A stretch of DNA of 64,000 nucleotides from Bacillota bacterium (GCA_023455425.1 JAEYCM010000012.1:52545-116544), one strand, 5' to 3'. Counted from the first letter of the stretch, positions 1 to 9,731 are shown. The notes: a model not told the origin generated them from the sequence alone. A program made the numbers and translations.

Positions 1-1
1 C

Positions 2-97
2 AGGATCGGCAGCGTGACGCAGAAGCTCTACGATACGCTCACCGGGCTGCAGTTTGGGGAGATCGAGGATACGCACGGCTGGGTCACCCGGGTTTAA
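2..97 (+). CDS. 3' end of an upstream CDS (last 31 codons, ...LQFGEIEDTHGWVTRV*); product not identifiable from the fragment
   Basis: Frame-2 reading frame is open from the window edge to TAA at 95-97; composition matches the core genes. Confidence 0.4.
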   Translation, partial: RIGSVTQKLYDTLTGLQFGEIEDTHGWVTRV

Positions 98-173
98 AAA
101 GCATATTTTGTGGTAGTATCGTATTGAAAGATACATATACTCCAAAGACCGCAAAAGGAGATACCATAATCCC

Positions 174-2093
174 ATGAAAAGAATTGTTTCCGCATTAAGC
201 GTATTACTATTGTTGCTGTTGCTTGCGCCGGTGTCGCTTGCGGCGACTGTGCAGGTCACAACAGAGCCTGCGCAGATTACCTCGGCCGGAACGATTAGCG
301 CGAGATTTTCCGTCGTGAACGATTCCGCCTATGAGATGCGGGATATCAATATTTCCGGGAACGGGTTATCCGGCAGCAGCCAGTTGTCCAGCCAGGTGGT
401 GCCGCCCAACGGCAAGCTGAACTTTACCATCAGCAGTATCGAAGTTACAGAAGATATGCTGGGGCAGACGATGACCTATACGCTTATCTGGACGGAAAAC
501 GGCGCGCCAAAATCGAAGGACGTATCCATTACGCTGGGCATGGCGCCCGCCGCAGAAATGACGGCGACGCGCACCGCCAGCAAGACATCCGGAAAATCCG
601 GCGAAAAGGTGACGCTGACCTATACCCTCAACAACCCAGGGACCGCTGATATGACGGGCATCACCGTCAAGGATACGGCGGCGGGAACGGCGGCGGTTGC
701 AAGCAACCTGACCCTCGCGCCGGGCACGTCGAAAACCGTGACGTACGAGCTGACTTTGGGCGGGCAGGACGTCGTCAGCCAACCTTCCATTACCTATCAG
801 ATCAACGGCGAAGGCAAAGCGATTTCCATGGATCCGCTCACCATCACCGTGATGAACGTTCAGATGGATTTCACTGTGACCAAGGGCGACCCTTCCCCGG
901 AGGGCGTGGTGTTTACCCTTGTGCTGAGCAACAAGGGCAATCAGACCATCAGTAACCTTACCGTCAAGGATGAGCTGGGCAACACAGTCAACCCCGAAGC
1001 CTTTGCGTTGGAAGCAGGCAAGGAGCGGACGCTCAGCTATACCGTTACGACAACGGAACTACGCAACGTATCCTTTGTGGTGACGGGCACGGACGCTTCC
1101 GGCCAGCCATATGAAAACAGGACTACAAGCTATGAAGTCTGGCCGTATGTAGACCCGAGCCATGTCTCGCTTTCGCTTTCCGCCACCGTGCTCCAGCCGC
1201 TTACCGACAGCGGACGCATGAAGGTGCGCTTTACCATACAGAACAATTCCAATGTGGATATGGTAAACGCGCTCATTTCCGAAAAAGAGCTGGGTAACAT
1301 TGAGCCGATGGATATCCTGCCCCTGGGTGAAACCCAAATAGAAAAGGAACTCCTCATCAGCGCGCCGCGCGAACTGCAGTTTACGCTCACCGCTTCCGAT
1401 CCTTCCGGCGTCCAGCATACCTATGAAGCCAAGCTTAACGCGGACTATGTCTCTTTGGCTACGCCCGCGCCCAGCGCTACCCCCGCGCAGGAGGAAGAAC
1501 CGGCGAGCGCCGGCGGCATGAGCGGTACATTGGTTACCGTGCTGATCGTGCTTGCGGCGCTGATGGCGGTAGCGGGCATTGCGCTGTTGGCGCTCTCCAT
1601 CTACGAGCGCAGGCGCAACGCTACATTGGAGGAAGAAGAGCCGGATGAGCTGCCCCGTGCGCGCAACGCCGCGCAGGCACGGGTAAACGCTGCGGAACGC
1701 GAAGCGCAATCCCAGCCTTATCCCCTGGAACAGAATGCGGGCCGGGCCTCCCGGTTTGCGCAGCCGCAGAGAGAACCGGTGGACTTTTCCGCGCAGACGA
1801 CCTCCGTTCCCGTGCAGAGAAACACGGAAAAGCCGGTGTTCCAGCCCGCGCCTTCCCGCACGCCGGTCCAGCCGCAGGAGAGAACGCCCGTTCAACAGCA
1901 GGAAAGGGCATACGTTCAGGCGCAGGAGCGCGTACCCATCCAGCCACAGGAAAGAGTTCCTTTCCAGCCGCGCGTTCCGCAGCAGCCGCAGATACGCCAT
2001 GTGGAGCCGGAACCCGAGCAGAGGCCGCCTCAGGCCTCGCCGGAAATCCGTAACCGGGTGCATCGGGTGCGGAGCACGGACGACCAGCGATAA
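174..2093 (+). CDS. Secreted, membrane-anchored surface protein with four Ig-like (CARDB/DUF11-like) modules and a P/Q/E/R-rich repeat tail
   Basis: Signal peptide MKRIVSALSVLLLLLLLAPVSLA. Four ~100-aa modules share a signature of the type TYTLNNPGTADMTGITVKD / FTLVLSNKGNQTISNLTVKD / VRFTIQNNSNVDMVNALIS. TM helix LVTVLIVLAALMAVAGIALLALSIY is followed by a low-complexity tail. RBS AAAGGAG lies upstream. Confidence 0.85.
   Translation: MKRIVSALSVLLLLLLLAPVSLAATVQVTTEPAQITSAGTISARFSVVNDSAYEMRDINISGNGLSGSSQLSSQVVPPNGKLNFTISSIEVTEDMLGQTMTYTLIWTENGAPKSKDVSITLGMAPAAEMTATRTASKTSGKSGEKVTLTYTLNNPGTADMTGITVKDTAAGTAAVASNLTLAPGTSKTVTYELTLGGQDVVSQPSITYQINGEGKAISMDPLTITVMNVQMDFTVTKGDPSPEGVVFTLVLSNKGNQTISNLTVKDELGNTVNPEAFALEAGKERTLSYTVTTTELRNVSFVVTGTDASGQPYENRTTSYEVWPYVDPSHVSLSLSATVLQPLTDSGRMKVRFTIQNNSNVDMVNALISEKELGNIEPMDILPLGETQIEKELLISAPRELQFTLTASDPSGVQHTYEAKLNADYVSLATPAPSATPAQEEEPASAGGMSGTLVTVLIVLAALMAVAGIALLALSIYERRRNATLEEEEPDELPRARNAAQARVNAAEREAQSQPYPLEQNAGRASRFAQPQREPVDFSAQTTSVPVQRNTEKPVFQPAPSRTPVQPQERTPVQQQERAYVQAQERVPIQPQERVPFQPRVPQQPQIRHVEPEPEQRPPQASPEIRNRVHRVRSTDDQR
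1863..1982 (+). repeat. Five tandem degenerate 24-nt (8-aa) repeats inside the surface-protein CDS
   Basis: In-frame units PVQPQERT / PVQQQERA / YVQAQERV / PIQPQERV / PFQPRVPQ read directly from the sequence. Confidence 0.8.
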
Positions 2094-2106
2094 CGAAATA
2101 GTTTCA

Positions 2107-2133
2107 TGCGGGGGAGGCGTCGCCTCCTCCGCA
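2107..2133. repeat. GC-rich hairpin element, copy 1 (TGCGGGGGAGGCGTCGCCTCCTCCGCA)
   Basis: Self-complementary 27-mer just after the stop of the 174..2093 CDS; a nearly identical copy is at 2309-2335. Confidence 0.7.
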
Positions 2134-2275
2134 AGCTTGTTAAAAGAACTGGATGGCCTTTTAAGATACCGCGGTTATAGACTTTATTCGCGAGCGGCGA
2201 CATGTGCGGCGTGAGCGTGAAGCCTTGCAGGAACCGTCGACCGCACCGAAGGTGCAGGCGGTTCCTGTAAAACTC

Positions 2276-2300
2276 AAAAAAGTGCCGCAGGCACTTTTTT
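2276..2300. terminator. Bidirectional intrinsic terminator-like hairpin
   Basis: AAAAA-AGTGCC-gca-GGCACT-TTTTTT: a short stem flanked by an A-run and a T-run. Confidence 0.55.
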
Positions 2301-2308
2301 GATCGTCT

Positions 2309-2335
2309 TGCGGGGGAGGCATCGCCTCCTCCGCT
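2309..2335. repeat. GC-rich hairpin element, copy 2 (TGCGGGGGAGGCATCGCCTCCTCCGCT)
   Basis: Differs from copy 1 (2107-2133) at the loop base and the last base. Confidence 0.7.
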
Positions 2336-2376
2336 GTTGCATGCAAAAGAGAGAAAAGATAAGAGGGGTCAATTCC

Positions 2377-3051
2377 ATGCAAACATTTTCCGGCCTCACG
2401 GAGGATACCTACCGCTTTTTCTGGGAAATCGCGTTCAACAATGAACACTCCTTCTTTGAAGAAAACCGCAAGCGCTATGAAAAGAACGTCAAGGAGCCCA
2501 TGCTTGCGCTGGCGGACGCTTTGGGAGAAGCCGCGCTGAAAGTAGACCCCAATTTTAACGTCCGACCCTCCGCCGTCGTATCCCGCATCCGCAGGGATAC
2601 CCGCTACACCAAGGACAAGTCCCCGTACCGGGATCACGCGTTCCTTTCTTTTAAATATCCCGGTGCGTCCACGGGGGAGAGCTTTGTGCTCTACGCCGAG
2701 TTTGAGCGCACGGCCTACGGCTATGGCATGGGCATGTACTACCCACTGCCGCAGTTCATGGCGGATGCCCGACGCCGCATGCTTGCCCGGCCGCAGAAGT
2801 TTTTAGAGATCGTCAACAACCCCGCGTTTGCGGAGCGGTTCTCATGGCAGGGGGAGGAGTTCAAGCGGCAGCGGTTTTTGGACGCGCCGGAGGAACTTCG
2901 TCCCTGGCTCAACAAGCGCAGCCTGTCCTTCTGCTTTTCTTCCAAGGAACTCTCGAATACCATGAAGCCGGAACTGGTGGATGAAATCAACGAAGGCTTT
3001 TTGCTGTTAAAGCCGTTGTACCGTTTTCTGCTGGGTCTGAATGAAAAGTAA
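2377..3051 (+). CDS. DUF2461 (TIGR02453)-family protein
   Basis: N-terminus MQTFSGLTEDTYRFFWEIAFNNEHSFFEENRKRYEKNVKEP is typical of DUF2461. ATG 2377 is preceded by AAGAGGGG; the longer track ORF start (2299) lacks an RBS and overlaps the hairpin repeat. Confidence 0.85.
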   Translation: MQTFSGLTEDTYRFFWEIAFNNEHSFFEENRKRYEKNVKEPMLALADALGEAALKVDPNFNVRPSAVVSRIRRDTRYTKDKSPYRDHAFLSFKYPGASTGESFVLYAEFERTAYGYGMGMYYPLPQFMADARRRMLARPQKFLEIVNNPAFAERFSWQGEEFKRQRFLDAPEELRPWLNKRSLSFCFSSKELSNTMKPELVDEINEGFLLLKPLYRFLLGLNEK

Positions 3052-3370
3052 TAAAGCGAATAAAAAAGCGCGTGGCACGTATTTTGAATTTTCACAAGGT
3101 ATCGCCGCCTGCGGCGGCGACGATAGACTATTTTATTTAATAGCGGGAGGGCTCCGCCCCCCGCGCCCCCTGAATACAGGCATTCTTTAGGAAGGGGCAT
3201 GGGAATCGATTGTGCCGCCAAAGGCTGCATATCATATTTGTAAGATCTTCGAATGTACCATTCAGGGGCATGTAGTTTCCCAAAATCCGTCGACACTGAA
3301 GCGCCGATACCTTGAAACTCTTAGCAAATTTGTTGAATGCAGAAAGGAACGGTAAAGCCGTTCCTTCTTG

Positions 3371-5248
3371 CTATTTTCTCACATCATAAATCGTCACCGT
3401 ATCGTTTGCATACGCCACCGGGAACTGCAAAAAGTATCCTTCGTTCACCGCATACGTATAGCGCTCATAATTGCTGATAAACACATAGTCGATGCCGTAT
3501 GTTGTTTGCAGCGCGTCAAAGCAAACTTCCGGCTGCTCAAACAGCAGTTTCACCTGCTGTTCGCGGGTTTCATAATCAAGCCCGTGATAGTAGAGGTAGG
3601 AACCCGTGCCACACAGGATGTTCCTTCCGGTGAGGGAGGAGACGGCGTTGTTGTGGTTGGTAGCCGTCAAAAACAGCGCGTCGGGCGCGGTGCCCTCGTT
3701 GATATAGGCTGCGGCTGCCGTTTCATCGGCGCTGAATTGCTCATAATCGCTGATCGTCTCGCGCGCAAGCGTCAATGTGCCGGAAAGGAACAGGGCGCAA
3801 AGCGTAAGGGCCGCAAGATACCGTCTGCCCGCAAAGCCGCTTAACTGCTTGTACAGGTCGATAAGCAGCCGGCCCACGATGCCGCAGGTAAACGCGAACC
3901 AGACAAAGAGCAGTTTGTTGTTATCGTACGGATTGGGCTGGAACAGCAGGAACTCCGAAAAGAACCAGATCAGGACAGTTCCGCCGTAAAAGACCTTTTC
4001 CTCCTTGGGCAGCCGGAAGAATGCGATGGGCAGCAGCAGGAAAAGAAGACCCAGGTTTTTGATATAGAACCACAGGTAGGAGTCCGTCTCATTCCCCCAG
4101 TTGAAATGCGGCTGAAGAAAATCCCCGGATTGCCGGAATGTAAACAACACGAGCTGCGGCAGCGCCAGGGCGGCAGCGATCAGCCCGTATTTGACCCAGC
4201 CCAGTAAAATGTCCTTGTTTTGCCGGGAAATGAACGCGTACAGCACATACACCACGCTGACCATACCAAGGGCCAGGAAGGAATGTGTGTGGACAAGCGG
4301 CAAACAGCCCGCAATAACGCCCAGCGGCACGAACAGCTTCGGTTCGCGCTCAAACGCCGCGCGCCGCAATAAAAACAGTGCGGGAAACAGCAGCGCCCAT
4401 CCAAACAGAGTGGCGCGCTGGGGAACAAGCATATCCGCGATCGGGTTGACCCACCTTAGGCCGATATCGGGCAGGTTGGTGGGCGTATTGTAAAAGCCGG
4501 TGAATATGCGGGTAAACGCCTCCGGGTTTGTCTTCCACAGATCAAGAAAATACCAGGACCCAAATCCTCCGCCTAAGAAAAACAGCAGCGTACAAAATAT
4601 CGCGGTACCGGTTTTTTTCTGCCACTGCAAAAAGAAACAGTAAACGCCTAAGAGTACCAGCGCATACGCAAGCAGCGCGGGCAGCAGCATGGAAAGACGC
4701 AATGACGCGCCCAGCGCATAAAACGTGGCGCTGATGCTGTCGCACAGAAATGGATAGCCGACCGCCGTGCCCGGGAATATGGAATACTGCGGCGGAAATA
4801 TCCCCTGTTCCGCGATGCTGGTAACAAGCCCAAGATGCAGCGGCAGATCCCCGAATGTGGATTGCCCGGAATGCAGCGCTCCATCAACAGGCCGGACGAT
4901 GTGGGTCAAAAACAGGTATCCGCCCAAAAGGAACAATGGCAGCAGGGTAACTAACGCCGGGCGAAGCTCCACAGCCGTTATGGAGATGACCGCCTTTTTT
5001 CTTCCAAACAGAAACGCCGCCAGTCCTGCGGCTGCGCATGCAAGCAAAGCAAGCATTTGGGCCAGCAAGGTAAAGCGAAATACAAACCCAAACAGCGCGG
5101 GCAGCCACAATAGCAGCAACAACGAGAAAACGCCCCCCATCCACCAGCGGAACAGAGGCCGTTCCGCCGGGAATAAGGCGCGTGCAATCAATTGCCCTGC
5201 CGCAAGATATACGAACAGGTAAAGAAACGCAAGCATGTCAGACAGCAT
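3371..5248 (-). CDS. Polytopic membrane protein, GT-C-type glycosyltransferase-like (tentative)
   Basis: More than 12 predicted TM helices followed by a soluble C-terminal domain. Start chosen at M23 of the track ORF (MLSDMLAFLYLF...), immediately after the stop of the upstream PH-domain gene. Confidence 0.8.
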   Translation of the reverse strand: MLSDMLAFLYLFVYLAAGQLIARALFPAERPLFRWWMGGVFSLLLLLWLPALFGFVFRFTLLAQMLALLACAAAGLAAFLFGRKKAVISITAVELRPALVTLLPLFLLGGYLFLTHIVRPVDGALHSGQSTFGDLPLHLGLVTSIAEQGIFPPQYSIFPGTAVGYPFLCDSISATFYALGASLRLSMLLPALLAYALVLLGVYCFFLQWQKKTGTAIFCTLLFFLGGGFGSWYFLDLWKTNPEAFTRIFTGFYNTPTNLPDIGLRWVNPIADMLVPQRATLFGWALLFPALFLLRRAAFEREPKLFVPLGVIAGCLPLVHTHSFLALGMVSVVYVLYAFISRQNKDILLGWVKYGLIAAALALPQLVLFTFRQSGDFLQPHFNWGNETDSYLWFYIKNLGLLFLLLPIAFFRLPKEEKVFYGGTVLIWFFSEFLLFQPNPYDNNKLLFVWFAFTCGIVGRLLIDLYKQLSGFAGRRYLAALTLCALFLSGTLTLARETISDYEQFSADETAAAAYINEGTAPDALFLTATNHNNAVSSLTGRNILCGTGSYLYYHGLDYETREQQVKLLFEQPEVCFDALQTTYGIDYVFISNYERYTYAVNEGYFLQFPVAYANDTVTIYDVRK

Positions 5249-5252
5249 ATGA

Positions 5253-5708
5253 TCAGTCCGGTATCCCGTCCCCGTCAACATCCGCAAAAGGATGGTTGGG
5301 GATTGCGTCCCCATCCTGTATGAGGCCTGCCGCGCCGTAGATTTCGCGGCCGGTCAGCCCCTTTTCTCTGCGCTCCTGTTCAATGATGCGGCTCAAAAAC
5401 TTGCGTACCGCCTCGGGCTTTGCGACATTTTTAATTTCCATGGTTTCGTGCGTCTGATCGGCGCTGTAGAGCGTGACGGTACCTACGCCGAATATCTTTT
5501 GCCCCAGCGTGCGCACAAGTTTGATATCCAGAATACGATACAGGAGGATTTCGTTGGTCTCGGTGCGGAACAGCCCTTTGCGCGTAGTGAAGCGGTCTTT
5601 ATCCACTTCATAGACGGTAAAGCTCAGCGGCATGCCCAAGATGCGTTTGCGGTCGCGCCAGAGCGGTTTTTCTTCCGAAATTTCGTTCAAGTATGGCTGC
5701 TTGGCCAT
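5253..5708 (-). CDS. Bacterial PH-domain protein (bPH_2/DUF304, YdbS/YdbT-like)
   Basis: Motifs LYRILDIKLVRTLGQKIFGVGTVTLYSADQTHETMEIKNVAKPEAVRKFL; GGAG RBS upstream. Confidence 0.85.
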   Translation of the reverse strand: MAKQPYLNEISEEKPLWRDRKRILGMPLSFTVYEVDKDRFTTRKGLFRTETNEILLYRILDIKLVRTLGQKIFGVGTVTLYSADQTHETMEIKNVAKPEAVRKFLSRIIEQERREKGLTGREIYGAAGLIQDGDAIPNHPFADVDGDGIPD

Positions 5709-5826
5709 TCATTTCACGCTCCAATCCTGCTGTTTACAGGTATTATACTCCAAATGGGTATCAACTGCAAAGAGCTTGGGCATACATAATGGAGAACCGA
5801 ATGCCCTGTAGGAGGAGGTGGGTTTC

Positions 5827-6387
5827 ATGCAGTGGTGGAAACAAAACGGGAAACTGTTGCTTTATATGGTGCTTGTACTTGCGCTTGGCGTATGGGGCGG
5901 CTTTACCATAAGGGACTTTCAGATTGGCGCAATGCCGGAGCAAACGCCCCTGGTTGAACCCGTAGACAAGATAGGCGAACAAAGTATTTTGCCGGATACG
6001 CTGGTGATTACAAAATATACGTTCCTGCTGTGCGGCGGCCATACGGAGCAGCGGCAGGAAACGGGCGGTCCATTGGTGGGATTGAACAAAACGCAGATTG
6101 AGGAAAAGTATCCCGATGCGAAAGTGGCGGAGCTGACAAACAAGCGCGCCGTGATAGAACGGGAACTTGAGCGCTACTGCCCCAAGCATGTAGTGTTGTT
6201 TTTGGATGACCAAAACAGGCTTTCCATTTCCCAGACGGATGAAACAGACCTGGAAAAGGAAAACATCACGACCCTGACTTATGATGTTTCCTACCTGCCA
6301 GAGGAGGAGCTCTCCAAGCTGGAGGAAGGGCTGGTGTTTGACAGTCTGGAGGAAATCAACATCTATCTGGAAGGGTTGGAACCCTAA
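5827..6387 (+). CDS. Membrane-anchored protein with a BofC-C-terminal-like domain (tentative)
   Basis: N-terminal TM helix; C-terminus ...LSKLEEGLVFDSLEEINIYLEGLEP resembles the BofC C-terminal domain. ATG 5827 lies ~10 nt after AGGAGGAGG; GTG 5818 is an alternative start. Confidence 0.6.
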   Translation: MQWWKQNGKLLLYMVLVLALGVWGGFTIRDFQIGAMPEQTPLVEPVDKIGEQSILPDTLVITKYTFLLCGGHTEQRQETGGPLVGLNKTQIEEKYPDAKVAELTNKRAVIERELERYCPKHVVLFLDDQNRLSISQTDETDLEKENITTLTYDVSYLPEEELSKLEEGLVFDSLEEINIYLEGLEP

Positions 6388-6530
6388 TTCGAATAAGGAC
6401 TAAACAAGCGGCGTCCTATTATAGGCGCCGCTTTCGCGCGTCCACATCCTTTGTGTTGCATGGCCGGAAGAGAGGGCGTATACTGGAAAAAACGGCATGA
6501 TATGCCGTGCGCCTAGTGGAGGGCAAGACT

Positions 6531-7772
6531 ATGACATTACACGAACAAGCCGCTGCGGTAAAGAAAGCTTCTTATGGAATGCTGACGCTTTCCGCGCCCG
6601 TGCGGGACGCGGCGCTCCATGCAATGGCGGATGCGCTGATTGCGAACACGGCTTTTATATTGGAACAGAACGAATTGGACATGGTTGACGCCCGCGCCGC
6701 GGGAAAACCGGAGGCCATGCTGGACCGGCTGCGCCTGGATGAAACGCGTATCCTTGGCATGGCGAACGGCTTAAGGAAGGTGGCGGCGCTGCCCGACCCC
6801 ATCGGCCGGGAGGACTATGTCGCAAAACGCCCCAACGGCCTTGCTATCGGCAAACGGCGCGTGCCGCTCGGCGTCATCGGCATCATCTATGAGGCGCGTC
6901 CGAACGTAACGTCGGACGCGGTCGGCCTGTGCGTCAAATCCGGCAACGCGGTGCTGCTGCGCGGCGGGTCGGAAGCCATCCACTCCAATTCCGCCGTAAC
7001 GGACGTCATTGCCCGCGCGGCGTACGCGGCGGGGCTGCCGGAAGGCTGCATCCAGTTGGTGCGGGATACTACAAGGGAAACGGCGACGCAGATGATGCGG
7101 CTGAACGGTTACTTGGACGTGCTCATTCCGCGCGGAGGCGCTACGCTCATCCGCTCGGTGGTAGAAAAAGCGACGGTGCCTGTCATCGAAACGGGCTTAG
7201 GCAACTGCCACACGTATATCGACGATACGGCGGATGTGGAAATGGCGCGGAGCATTGCCTATAACGCCAAGGTGTCCCGCCCGGCGGTGTGCAATTCCAT
7301 GGAAACGCTGCTGGTGCAAAAAGATATGGCGGAGAAGAATCTTTCTGTTATCGTTGCCCCCATGCTGGAGCACAAAGTGGAATTAAGAGGCTGCCCGCGC
7401 GCCTGCGCGCTGCTTCCCGGCATCAGGGAAGCAACGGAAGAAGACTGGGCCACGGAATATGACGACTATATTCTGGCGCTCAAGGTTGTGGATACGCTGG
7501 ACGAAGCTATCGATCATATCAACCGCTACGGCACCCGGCATAGTGAGTGCATCGTCACCAACGATTATGCGAGCGCGGAGCGCTTTTTAAACGAGGTGGA
7601 TGCCGCCGCCGTCTATGTCAACGCCTCCACGCGCTTTACGGACGGCGAAGAATTCGGCTTTGGGGCGGAGATCGGCATCAGCACGCAGAAGCTGCATGCG
7701 CGCGGCCCCATGGGGCTCGATGAACTGACCAGCGTCAAATATATCGTACGGGGGAACGGCCAGGTCCGTTGA
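6531..7772 (+). CDS. proA: Gamma-glutamyl phosphate reductase
   Basis: Full-length ProA-like sequence (aldehyde dehydrogenase fold; ...NASTRFTDGEEFGFGAEIGISTQKLHARGPMGL...); ATG 6531 after GGAGGG. Confidence 0.95.
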   Translation: MTLHEQAAAVKKASYGMLTLSAPVRDAALHAMADALIANTAFILEQNELDMVDARAAGKPEAMLDRLRLDETRILGMANGLRKVAALPDPIGREDYVAKRPNGLAIGKRRVPLGVIGIIYEARPNVTSDAVGLCVKSGNAVLLRGGSEAIHSNSAVTDVIARAAYAAGLPEGCIQLVRDTTRETATQMMRLNGYLDVLIPRGGATLIRSVVEKATVPVIETGLGNCHTYIDDTADVEMARSIAYNAKVSRPAVCNSMETLLVQKDMAEKNLSVIVAPMLEHKVELRGCPRACALLPGIREATEEDWATEYDDYILALKVVDTLDEAIDHINRYGTRHSECIVTNDYASAERFLNEVDAAAVYVNASTRFTDGEEFGFGAEIGISTQKLHARGPMGLDELTSVKYIVRGNGQVR

Positions 7773-7778
7773 CCGCTT

Positions 7779-8561
7779 ATGCTGCACAAAGGATGGGAAA
7801 AAAACAATCATGCGCGCGCTTTTCGAAACAGGCTGCTGCCGTTTGCGTGCGCGTTTGCCATAATGCTGCTGTGTTCCGGCTGCGCCATGCTTCGGCCCGC
7901 GCCGACGCCCGCCCCGGTTTTGTTCGAGGCGGTGCAGGAGGAGCCGGAAGAAACGCCCGTACCGGAGGAAGAAAACCCGCTCAAAGTATTTTTGAACGGG
8001 TTTTACCAGGCGTATGCGCCCTATGACGCCGCATTGCGCGCGCTTTCGGGAGAAGACAGTTCGGCGGTTGACGAAGCGCTGGCTGCAGAACGGCACATCC
8101 TGCGCCTGAAGCAGTTGTTCAGCGCCCAGGCCGAGCTATGGCAAAACCCGAACGACAAAGAGACTTGGGACGGCATCCTTTTTGGCGGCATGGAAGGCAC
8201 GGGCAGCGTACAAAAGACGTTGGACGGCTGTACGTTTACCTGCGCGCTGACAGAGCTTGGCAGCATTACGGGAAGCCTGAAGAGTGGAACTCTTTTGGCG
8301 CAGTGGGTACAGCAAGGCGCTGCAGCCCGCAGCGGGACGATCGTCAAAACCGATACCGGTTATGCCGCTTCCGTAAGCTGGGACGGCGAAAATGTACTGC
8401 TGCTGATTGAGGACGACGCACTTTCCTTTGGGACAGGCATGCAGGCGACTGCCACGGTTTCCTCGCTTCCCCGGGAACAGTGGGCAAACTGGCATCTCAA
8501 AGACGGAACACTATCGGCTGCTGTGGCGACATCTTCTTCCATACAGGAGGGCATACAATGA
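7779..8561 (+). CDS. Lipoprotein, function unknown
   Basis: Lipobox LLCSGC after a hydrophobic segment. The stop overlaps the next gene's start (ATGA). RBS is weak, so the start is less certain. Confidence 0.7.
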   Translation: MLHKGWEKNNHARAFRNRLLPFACAFAIMLLCSGCAMLRPAPTPAPVLFEAVQEEPEETPVPEEENPLKVFLNGFYQAYAPYDAALRALSGEDSSAVDEALAAERHILRLKQLFSAQAELWQNPNDKETWDGILFGGMEGTGSVQKTLDGCTFTCALTELGSITGSLKSGTLLAQWVQQGAAARSGTIVKTDTGYAASVSWDGENVLLLIEDDALSFGTGMQATATVSSLPREQWANWHLKDGTLSAAVATSSSIQEGIQ

Positions 8562-9061
8562 ACGCAACCATCATCGCATACTCCAATACCGGCAACGCCG
8601 CAGCCTGCGCCCGGGCGCTTTCCAACGCGCTGCCCGCGCAGCTTTTTTTGCTGGAAGAAACGCGCAAGAGACCCGAGAAGGATTTCTTTGTCGGCGGCAT
8701 GCAGGCGACATTTCGTATGAACTCAAAATTGAAGGCTTTGCCCAATACAAAGGCTTCCGATGTCCTTGTGCTTGGCATGCCTGTGTGGGCAGGAACCACG
8801 CCGCCAGCTATTAACGCCCTGCTTCAAACGCTCGATTGCAGCGGGAAGACGGTGTTTGCGTTTGTTACCAAGGCGGACCCAGCCCCGGAATTGCCTCAAA
8901 AGCTTGTTGACCGGCTTACAAAGCTTGTGGAAAAGCGCGGGGGAACGCTCAAACGGGTATTTGCCCTGCCAGTACAGGGAAAAGCGGTCGGGCAGGAAGC
9001 GGCAAAAGAACGTGCATCTTTCTGGGCAAAGGAAATCCTTGCGGGCCTTGCAGAGAGGTAG
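8558..9061 (+). CDS. Flavodoxin-like fold protein
   Basis: MNATIIAYSNTGN...DVLVLGMPVWAGTTPPAINALL...GKTVFAFVT pattern; CAGGAGGG RBS; translationally coupled to the upstream gene. Confidence 0.75.
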   Translation: MNATIIAYSNTGNAAACARALSNALPAQLFLLEETRKRPEKDFFVGGMQATFRMNSKLKALPNTKASDVLVLGMPVWAGTTPPAINALLQTLDCSGKTVFAFVTKADPAPELPQKLVDRLTKLVEKRGGTLKRVFALPVQGKAVGQEAAKERASFWAKEILAGLAER

Positions 9062-9158
9062 CCCGATAGAAGCGCCGCGCTTTTCTGTTTTCAACCGGTT
9101 ATGACACCTATCTTTTTGGGAATACTTGTGTAAGCAAACGTACACAAGGAGGATTCCC

Positions 9159-9563
9159 ATGAGAAAGATTTGGAACCATTACGACCCGCTGGATTTTAGC
9201 GAGGCTGACGAAGAAAAATCCTATTCCCCGGAAACCGGGCCGGTTCCAGCACCCGCGCCTAGGAAGAAAAAGCTGTCGCAGCGCCTGCAGGACTGGCTGT
9301 TCCGCGCGGAAGAGGAGGAAGGGCCGGAGCTGGTAATGGAAACGCCCGCGTCCAATCCGCAGCCGATGCCGTCGTTGAGGAAGGAGGATCGCGCTTACCG
9401 TGAACAGGTGCAGCGCGCGCTGGAGGACTGGAAGAAGGCCACGGCCTATTTTGAAAGCGTTTCGGACCCGGAATTGGTGGACTATGCCGTTTACGATATG
9501 GAAGCGGCGAAGAAACGCTATATTTATCTGCTGCGCAATGCAGACCGCAACATGGGCGGCTAA
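9159..9563 (+). CDS. DUF2508 (YaaL-like) protein
   Basis: C-terminal motif WKKATAYFESVSDPELVDYAVYDMEAAKKRYIYLLRNA; AAGGAGG RBS; sits immediately upstream of bofA, as yaaL does in Bacillus. Confidence 0.8.
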   Translation: MRKIWNHYDPLDFSEADEEKSYSPETGPVPAPAPRKKKLSQRLQDWLFRAEEEEGPELVMETPASNPQPMPSLRKEDRAYREQVQRALEDWKKATAYFESVSDPELVDYAVYDMEAAKKRYIYLLRNADRNMGG

Positions 9564-9731
9564 GGCTGCTAAGGCAGCATGGCCTGCGGCATAGCCTGCC
9601 CCGCCCGTGCATATGCTTCCAACGAAGGCATATTGCTCTCACAATGAAATAGCGAATTCAGATTGGCGGCAAATAGACAGCCAAGATGTTTCAGGATTTC
9701 GTTGGGGGAGCAATCCGGATGGAGTGAGGGT

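Noticed and set aside
2739-3296. 185-aa minus-strand ORF spanning the DUF2461 3' end and the intergenic region (contains RRRRRRR)
   Set aside because: It is antisense to a good CDS. Beyond that it runs through hairpin-rich non-coding DNA, and the poly-Arg comes from a GC hairpin.
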